64,000 bases of DNA from Candidatus Omnitrophota bacterium (lineage in GTDB: Bacteria; Omnitrophota; Gorgyraeia; Duberdicusellales; 4484-171): contig JBAWWL010000003.1 of assembly GCA_037146775.1 (NCBI GenBank), positions 2,334-66,333 on the forward strand, given 5' to 3'. A model generated the notes under the pieces. It saw nothing but the letters and a program-made list of their open reading frames with translations, had not been told where the DNA came from and ran no database searches. Made by a program: the position numbers and the translations under genes. Of the stretch, positions 59,349 through 64,000 are shown piece after piece. Within the stretch, counting starts at the first letter, position 1; each line of letters begins with the position of its first letter.

Positions 59349-60089
59349 ATGAAGGGTATTATTTTAGCCGGCGGTACCGGCAGCCGTCTGAATCCTCTTA
59401 CCAGGATAACCAACAAACATCTTTTGCCTGTGTTTGATAAACCCATGATTTATTACCCGATTCATACGCTCGTAGAGGCCGGCATAAAGGATATTCTTAT
59501 CGTTACCGGAGGAAACCATGCCGGAGATTTTTTACAACTGCTGGGCAACGGCAACGAGTTTGGCTTAAAAGAGGTCCATTATACCCATCAGGCCGGAGAA
59601 AAGGGCATTGCTGATGCACTGCGCCTGGCAGAAGACTTCGCCGATAAAGATAAAATAGTAGTAGTGTTGGGCGACAATTTATTTGAACAATCAATTAAAA
59701 AATACGTCGAGAAATTTAAACAACAAGATCATGGTGCCAAAATTATTCTTAAAAAAGTTGCTGACCCGCGCCGTTTTGGCGTCGCCGCATTTAAGAATGG
59801 TAAAGTCGTTGCCATAGAAGAAAAGCCAAAAAAACCCAAATCACCGTATGCGGTTACCGGCATTTATATGTACGACGCAAAGGTTTTTGACTATATACGC
59901 AGCTTAAAAATTTCTGCCAGAGGAGAATACGAAATTACCGACATCAACAACAGGTATTTAAACGCCGGCTCCTTAACCTATGATATTATCAATGGTTTTT
60001 GGACAGATTGCGGGACATTTGATTCTCTCCTGAAAGCAACCTTGCTGGTTGCTAAAAAGAGCGGCCATCGCCCGAAGGAGCTATCATGA
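59349..60089 (+). CDS. Glucose-1-phosphate thymidylyltransferase-like sugar nucleotidyltransferase (short form)
   Basis: 246 aa; GIILAGGTGSRLNPLTRITNKHLLPV. Confidence 0.75.
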   Translation: MKGIILAGGTGSRLNPLTRITNKHLLPVFDKPMIYYPIHTLVEAGIKDILIVTGGNHAGDFLQLLGNGNEFGLKEVHYTHQAGEKGIADALRLAEDFADKDKIVVVLGDNLFEQSIKKYVEKFKQQDHGAKIILKKVADPRRFGVAAFKNGKVVAIEEKPKKPKSPYAVTGIYMYDAKVFDYIRSLKISARGEYEITDINNRYLNAGSLTYDIINGFWTDCGTFDSLLKATLLVAKKSGHRPKELS

Positions 60090-61045
60090 AATTGCTTGTA
60101 ACCGGCGGTTGTGGCTTCATTGGTTCCCATTTTATACGTTATATTTTGCAAATGTATCCGCAATACAAGATTATCAATATAGACAACTTATGTTACGCGG
60201 GAAATTTGGAGAATTTACGCGACGTAGAAAAAAATAAAGATTACAGGTTTGTGAAGGGGGATATACGAAATTTTGCTTTAGCCAAAAGGCTCATGAAGGG
60301 GACAGATATAGTTATCAATTTTGCCGCGCAAACCCACGTGGACAGGTCTATTAAAAGCGCAAAAGATTTTATCGAAACCAATATAAACGGGGTATATACG
60401 TTGCTTGAGGCAGCTCGCTCTTCAGATCTAAAGTTATTTGTTCAGATAAGCACGGATGAGGTTTACGGCAGTATCTCTGAGGGGTCATTCATGGAAACCG
60501 ACTCGCTTTTTCCTTCCAGCCCCTATTCCGCCTCTAAAGCCGGCGCCGACGTGTTATGCCACGCCTACGGCCTTACCTATAAGATACCGATTATTGTAAC
60601 CAGGAGCGTAAATAATTTCGGGCCCTGCCAATATCCTGAAAAAATAATTCCGCTCTTTGTCACCAATATTTTAGAAAAAAAGAAAGTTCCTCTTTACGGA
60701 GACGGACTGAACGTACGAGACTGGATCTATGTTTTGGATAACGTCAGAGCAATAGATTTTCTTCTGCATCAAGGCAAAACCGGTGAAATTTATAATATTT
60801 CTGTCGGTAACGAGATAGCCAATATTGATTTGACCAACATTATTTTAAAGAAATTTAATTTGGATGATAGCTGGATAAAACCAGTAGTTGACCGCCCTGC
60901 TCATGACCGCCGCTATTCCTTGGATTTTAGCAAGTTACATAGTCTTGGTTGGAAGCCTTTGTATGACTTTAGTTCTTCTCTCGATGCTACCATCGACTGG
61001 TATAAAAAAAATAAAAAGTGGTGGAAGAAGTTAAAAAAATCTTAA
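60086..61045 (+). CDS. rmlB: dTDP-glucose 4,6-dehydratase
   Basis: 319 aa; TGGCGFIGSH; catalytic YSASK; conserved RmlB C-terminus. Confidence 0.85.
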   Translation: MKLLVTGGCGFIGSHFIRYILQMYPQYKIINIDNLCYAGNLENLRDVEKNKDYRFVKGDIRNFALAKRLMKGTDIVINFAAQTHVDRSIKSAKDFIETNINGVYTLLEAARSSDLKLFVQISTDEVYGSISEGSFMETDSLFPSSPYSASKAGADVLCHAYGLTYKIPIIVTRSVNNFGPCQYPEKIIPLFVTNILEKKKVPLYGDGLNVRDWIYVLDNVRAIDFLLHQGKTGEIYNISVGNEIANIDLTNIILKKFNLDDSWIKPVVDRPAHDRRYSLDFSKLHSLGWKPLYDFSSSLDATIDWYKKNKKWWKKLKKS

Positions 61046-61884
61046 TTACCGGCGCGCAAGGAATGTTGGGTAGTGCTCTTTGTGAAACCTTGTCTTCCCA
61101 TTATCAGATTATTGCCGTTGATAAAGACGAGTGTGATATTACAGACAGAGAAAAGACGCTCACTTTTTTCCGTAATGCCGGAGCCGATATTATTCTACAT
61201 TGTGCGGCCTATACGGATGTTGATCGGTCCGAAGACCAGCCACAGCAAGTTTATGCGGTGAACGTCGAGGGCACCGCCAATATTATCGAAGCCATTAAAG
61301 GCACAAATTGTTTATTGGTGTATATAAGCACCGACTATGTCTTTGACGGCACAAAAAAAGGAGCGTATATTGAGCCCGATCTTCCTCACCCCTTGGGGGT
61401 ATATGGGTATTCAAAATTGGAAGGTGAGAAGGTTGTTCAGAACTTTCCCAAGCATCTTATCGTAAGAACGAGTTGGCTCTTTGGCCCGCGAGGCAAAAAT
61501 TTTGTTGCCACCATAGCGAGCAAAGCCAAAGAGAAAGAAGCATTGCAAGTAGTGGACGACCAGGTAGGCTCGCCGACCTATACGCGGGATTTAGCCAAGG
61601 CTTTAGCGGCTTTGCTCGATCTGTATTGTGCCAATCGCCTTACATACGGCATATATCATGTGACAAATTCCGGCCAATGCAGTTGGTTTGAATTTGCTAA
61701 ATATATATTGAGTTTATTACATTCCAGCGTTACAATAAAGCCTATTTCATCCAAAGATCTAAATCGTAAAGCAAAAAGGCCGCTTAATTCTTTACTTTCC
61801 AATGAAAAATTTTATGCTTTAAGCGGGTTTTTTCTGCCTTCATGGCAGGAGGCAGTTAAGCACTATATCGAACATTGTATGTAG
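61018..61884 (+). CDS. rmlD: dTDP-4-dehydrorhamnose reductase
   Basis: 288 aa; ILITGAQGMLGSAL; YGYSKLEGE catalytic motif. Confidence 0.8.
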   Translation: MVEEVKKILITGAQGMLGSALCETLSSHYQIIAVDKDECDITDREKTLTFFRNAGADIILHCAAYTDVDRSEDQPQQVYAVNVEGTANIIEAIKGTNCLLVYISTDYVFDGTKKGAYIEPDLPHPLGVYGYSKLEGEKVVQNFPKHLIVRTSWLFGPRGKNFVATIASKAKEKEALQVVDDQVGSPTYTRDLAKALAALLDLYCANRLTYGIYHVTNSGQCSWFEFAKYILSLLHSSVTIKPISSKDLNRKAKRPLNSLLSNEKFYALSGFFLPSWQEAVKHYIEHCM

Positions 61885-61935
61885 TAAAGGTTGTCTTTAG
61901 TATTTTACAGATAGTTTGTCGCTTGATGGTGTACC

Positions 61936-62892
61936 ATGAAAAACTTAAAAAATAAACGAATTTTAGTTACTGGCGGCGCTGGATTTATTGGCTCACACAT
62001 TGTAGACAGGCTCGTTAAGGAAGGTGCCAAAGTAACGGTGCTGGATAACTTGTTGTCAGGTAAATTAAAAAATATAGAGCAGCATTTAAAGAAAATAAAA
62101 TTTATCCAGAAAGATTTACGTGACGATTTGGCCCTGGATGAGGCTTTGGACGGTGTAGAATTTATTTCACATCAGGCCGCCTTGCGTAGCGTCCCCAAGT
62201 CGATATCCAGGCCCCTCGAATACCACGATGTTAATGTTACCGCAACGCTAAAACTTTTTCTTAAGGCAAAAGAAAAAGGCGTAAAACGCATAGGTTTTGC
62301 CTCCAGCAGCTCGGTTTATGGAGAGCGTTTTGATTTCCCGGAAAAAGAAACCGATTATCCCAAGCCTATATCGCCCTATGCTGCCACCAAGCTTCTTTGC
62401 GAGCATTATGCCTACCTTTTTAGCCAACAATACAAACTGGGGGTGGTGGGTTTACGTTATTTTAATGTATATGGCCCCAAGCAGTCTCTTGATGACGAAT
62501 ATGCGGTAGTTATCCCTAAATTTATCGCTTGTTTATTGAAAGGAGAAAAACCGCCTATTTATGGCGATGGTGAACAAGAAAGAGATTTTACCTATGTGGA
62601 AAACGTAGTAGAGGCGAATATCTCAGCGCTTCTGCAACCTAATATTGAAGGTGAAATATTTAATATAGGTAACGGCTCTCCTAATACAGTGAACGGGTTA
62701 TTGGAATCTTTAAACCAGATTATGGGTAAAAATATCGCCGCCAGTTATCAACCGCCACGGCAAGGAGATGTACGTAAAACCCACGCTGATATAAGTAAAG
62801 CAAAAAAACTTCTTAAATGGCAACCAAAAATTGATTTTACCGAAGGTTTGAGGAGAGCAGTGGATTGGTTTAGGGAGACAGAGGTCAGATGA
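61936..62892 (+). CDS. NAD-dependent nucleotide-sugar epimerase/dehydratase (GalE/WbpP-like)
   Basis: 318 aa; [10 protein letters not shown]; YAATK catalytic motif. Confidence 0.8.
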   Translation: MKNLKNKRILVTGGAGFIGSHIVDRLVKEGAKVTVLDNLLSGKLKNIEQHLKKIKFIQKDLRDDLALDEALDGVEFISHQAALRSVPKSISRPLEYHDVNVTATLKLFLKAKEKGVKRIGFASSSSVYGERFDFPEKETDYPKPISPYAATKLLCEHYAYLFSQQYKLGVVGLRYFNVYGPKQSLDDEYAVVIPKFIACLLKGEKPPIYGDGEQERDFTYVENVVEANISALLQPNIEGEIFNIGNGSPNTVNGLLESLNQIMGKNIAASYQPPRQGDVRKTHADISKAKKLLKWQPKIDFTEGLRRAVDWFRETEVR

Positions 62893-62902
62893 CAGAGGAC
62901 AG
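62868..62902. repeat. Copy B of the CAGAGGTCAGA/TCTGACCTCTG repeat (overlaps the epimerase stop codon)
   Basis: acagaggtcagatgacagaggacagaagtcagagg. Its reverse complement matches copy C (63295-63333) over an 18-bp core of the type TCTGACTTCTGnCCTCTG. Confidence 0.6.
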
Positions 62903-62923
62903 AAGTCAGAGGGTAGAGGAGAG

Positions 62924-63319
62924 ATGGGTATAAAAACGATAAAAGATTTGAAAGTATACGAGATTGCTTATAAATTAGCTATGGAGATATTTGAAATAAC
63001 AAAGAAGTTTCCCAAAGAAGAGACGTATTCGTTGACTGATCAGATAAGACGTTCTTCTCGGTCAGTAGCCATAAATATCCGTGAAGGGTATGCTAAACGA
63101 AAATATGAGCAAGTATTTATCAGGCATCTAAATGATTCATTAGGTTCAGGCGAAGAAACAAGGGGATGGTTAAGCTTTGCGAAAGATTGCAAATATATTA
63201 CAGAAGTTTTATATAATAAATTAGACGTTAGGTATGATGAGCTCTGTGCCATGCTTTATTCTCTCATGAATAGCTGGGAGAGCCCTTCTACCGTTGAGGT
63301 TCTGACTTCTGACCTCTGA
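62924..63319 (+). CDS. Four-helix-bundle protein (23S rRNA intervening-sequence protein family)
   Basis: 131 aa; KDLKVYEIAYKLAMEIFEITKKFPKEETYSLTDQIRRSSRSVAINIREGY matches the family's signature layout. Confidence 0.75.
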   Translation: MGIKTIKDLKVYEIAYKLAMEIFEITKKFPKEETYSLTDQIRRSSRSVAINIREGYAKRKYEQVFIRHLNDSLGSGEETRGWLSFAKDCKYITEVLYNKLDVRYDELCAMLYSLMNSWESPSTVEVLTSDL

Positions 63320-63333
63320 TTTCTGACATCTGA
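63295..63333. repeat. Copy C of the CTTCTGACCTCTGA...TCTGACATCTGA repeat (contains the stop codon of the four-helix-bundle ORF)
   Basis: gaggttctgacttctgacctctgatttctgacatctga; the same as copy A at 28731-28751 plus a 7-bp duplication (tttctga). Confidence 0.6.
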
Positions 63334-63390
63334 TATTCAAATGCACTCACGACTACATACTCACTACTACATACTATATACTATATACTC

Positions 63391-64000
63391 ATGACTATCC
63401 TCATTACCGGTGGTGCCGGATTTATTGGTTCTCATCTATGCCGAAGTTTGCTTCGTCGTAGCGATCATGTAATTTGCGTTGATAATTTTATCACTGGTTC
63501 CAGAGAAAACATCAAAGAATTTCTGGATAACAAAAATTTTCGGCTTATTGAGCATGATGTCTCAAATGCGCTTTACGTAGACGAAAAGCTTGATTGGGTA
63601 TTGCATCTTGCCTCCATCGCTTCACCTAAAGATTACCTGGGTTATCCCATTAAAACCTTAAAGTCCGGTCTCCTGGGCACCTATAACTGTTTGGGGCTGG
63701 CCAAAGCCAAACAAGCAAAGTTCTTCTTAGCCTCAACTTCTGAAATTTATGGCGATCCGCTTGTTCATCCGCAAACAGAAAGCTACTGGGGTAATGTTAA
63801 TTCTATAGGTGTACGCAGCTGCTACGATGAAAGTAAGCGTGGCGCAGAGGCTCTTACCTATGCGTACCAACGTCAGCATAATGTAGATGTTAGAGTAATA
63901 CGTATTTTTAATACTTATGGGCCAAACATGCAATTAGACGATGGCAGGGTAGTTTCCAATTTCATTGTTCAGGCGCTTAGAGGCGAAGATTTAACTGTCT
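63391..64000 (+). CDS. UDP-glucuronate decarboxylase (UXS-like), 5' partial, runs off the window
   Basis: [17 protein letters not shown]...; UXS-specific [34 protein letters not shown]. No stop codon before position 64000. Confidence 0.8.
   Translation, partial: MTILITGGAGFIGSHLCRSLLRRSDHVICVDNFITGSRENIKEFLDNKNFRLIEHDVSNALYVDEKLDWVLHLASIASPKDYLGYPIKTLKSGLLGTYNCLGLAKAKQAKFFLASTSEIYGDPLVHPQTESYWGNVNSIGVRSCYDESKRGAEALTYAYQRQHNVDVRVIRIFNTYGPNMQLDDGRVVSNFIVQALRGEDLTV

Overview
This 64-kb window reads as a bacterial chromosomal segment of roughly 41-43% GC (estimated by eye) in which every supportable gene (about 60) lies on the + strand. It looks like a diderm (lptD, secG and type IV pilus/T2SS-like genes are present), possibly a little-studied lineage. 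The main features, from left to right:

- An unusual F1-type ATPase module: two tandem alpha paralogs, then gamma, then beta. There is no delta, epsilon or Fo gene in the window, and the beta gene abuts the next cluster (63 bp gap).
- A pilus/secretion cluster: pilB/gspE, pilC/gspF, two pseudopilins, a gspK-like gene, a pilM-pilN fusion and pilO.
- A block of housekeeping genes: standalone GuaA ATP-PPase subunit, rplU, a divergent obg, proB, proA, nadD, PGM/PMM, frameshifted plsC, rpsA, tyrS, two tandem GalT-like paralogs, gap-pgk-tpiA-secG, polA, glgA, coaE, rho, rpmE, prfA-prmC, murA, trpGDCFBA without trpE, an M16 peptidase, rsfS, a truncated HypA-like protein, ribE, tRNA-Pro(CGG), ROK glucokinase, transaldolase and lptD.
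- A nucleotide-sugar/polysaccharide locus: ugd, a second NDP-sugar dehydrogenase, rmlC-like, rmlA-like, rmlB, rmlD, an epimerase, a four-helix-bundle (23S-IVS-type) gene cassette and a UXS-like decarboxylase.

The findings I rate most interesting:

- The second NDP-sugar dehydrogenase carries a complete 488-aa intein with a LAGLIDADG homing endonuclease, inserted immediately before the catalytic cysteine.
- The F1-like alpha/alpha'/gamma/beta module with no epsilon gene downstream is either a split atp operon or a repurposed ATPase; the window alone cannot distinguish these.
- The four-helix-bundle gene is bracketed by inverted copies of a CTGACCTCTGA-type repeat that also occurs downstream of gap.
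- Two GalT-like paralogs, one with the nucleophilic His replaced by Arg, are separated by a roughly 140-bp imperfect palindrome.
- Several short intergenic repeat families are dispersed across the window and are densest downstream of tRNA-Pro.

No CRISPR array and no rRNA gene were seen. All calls rest on motif recognition by eye, with no database searches.
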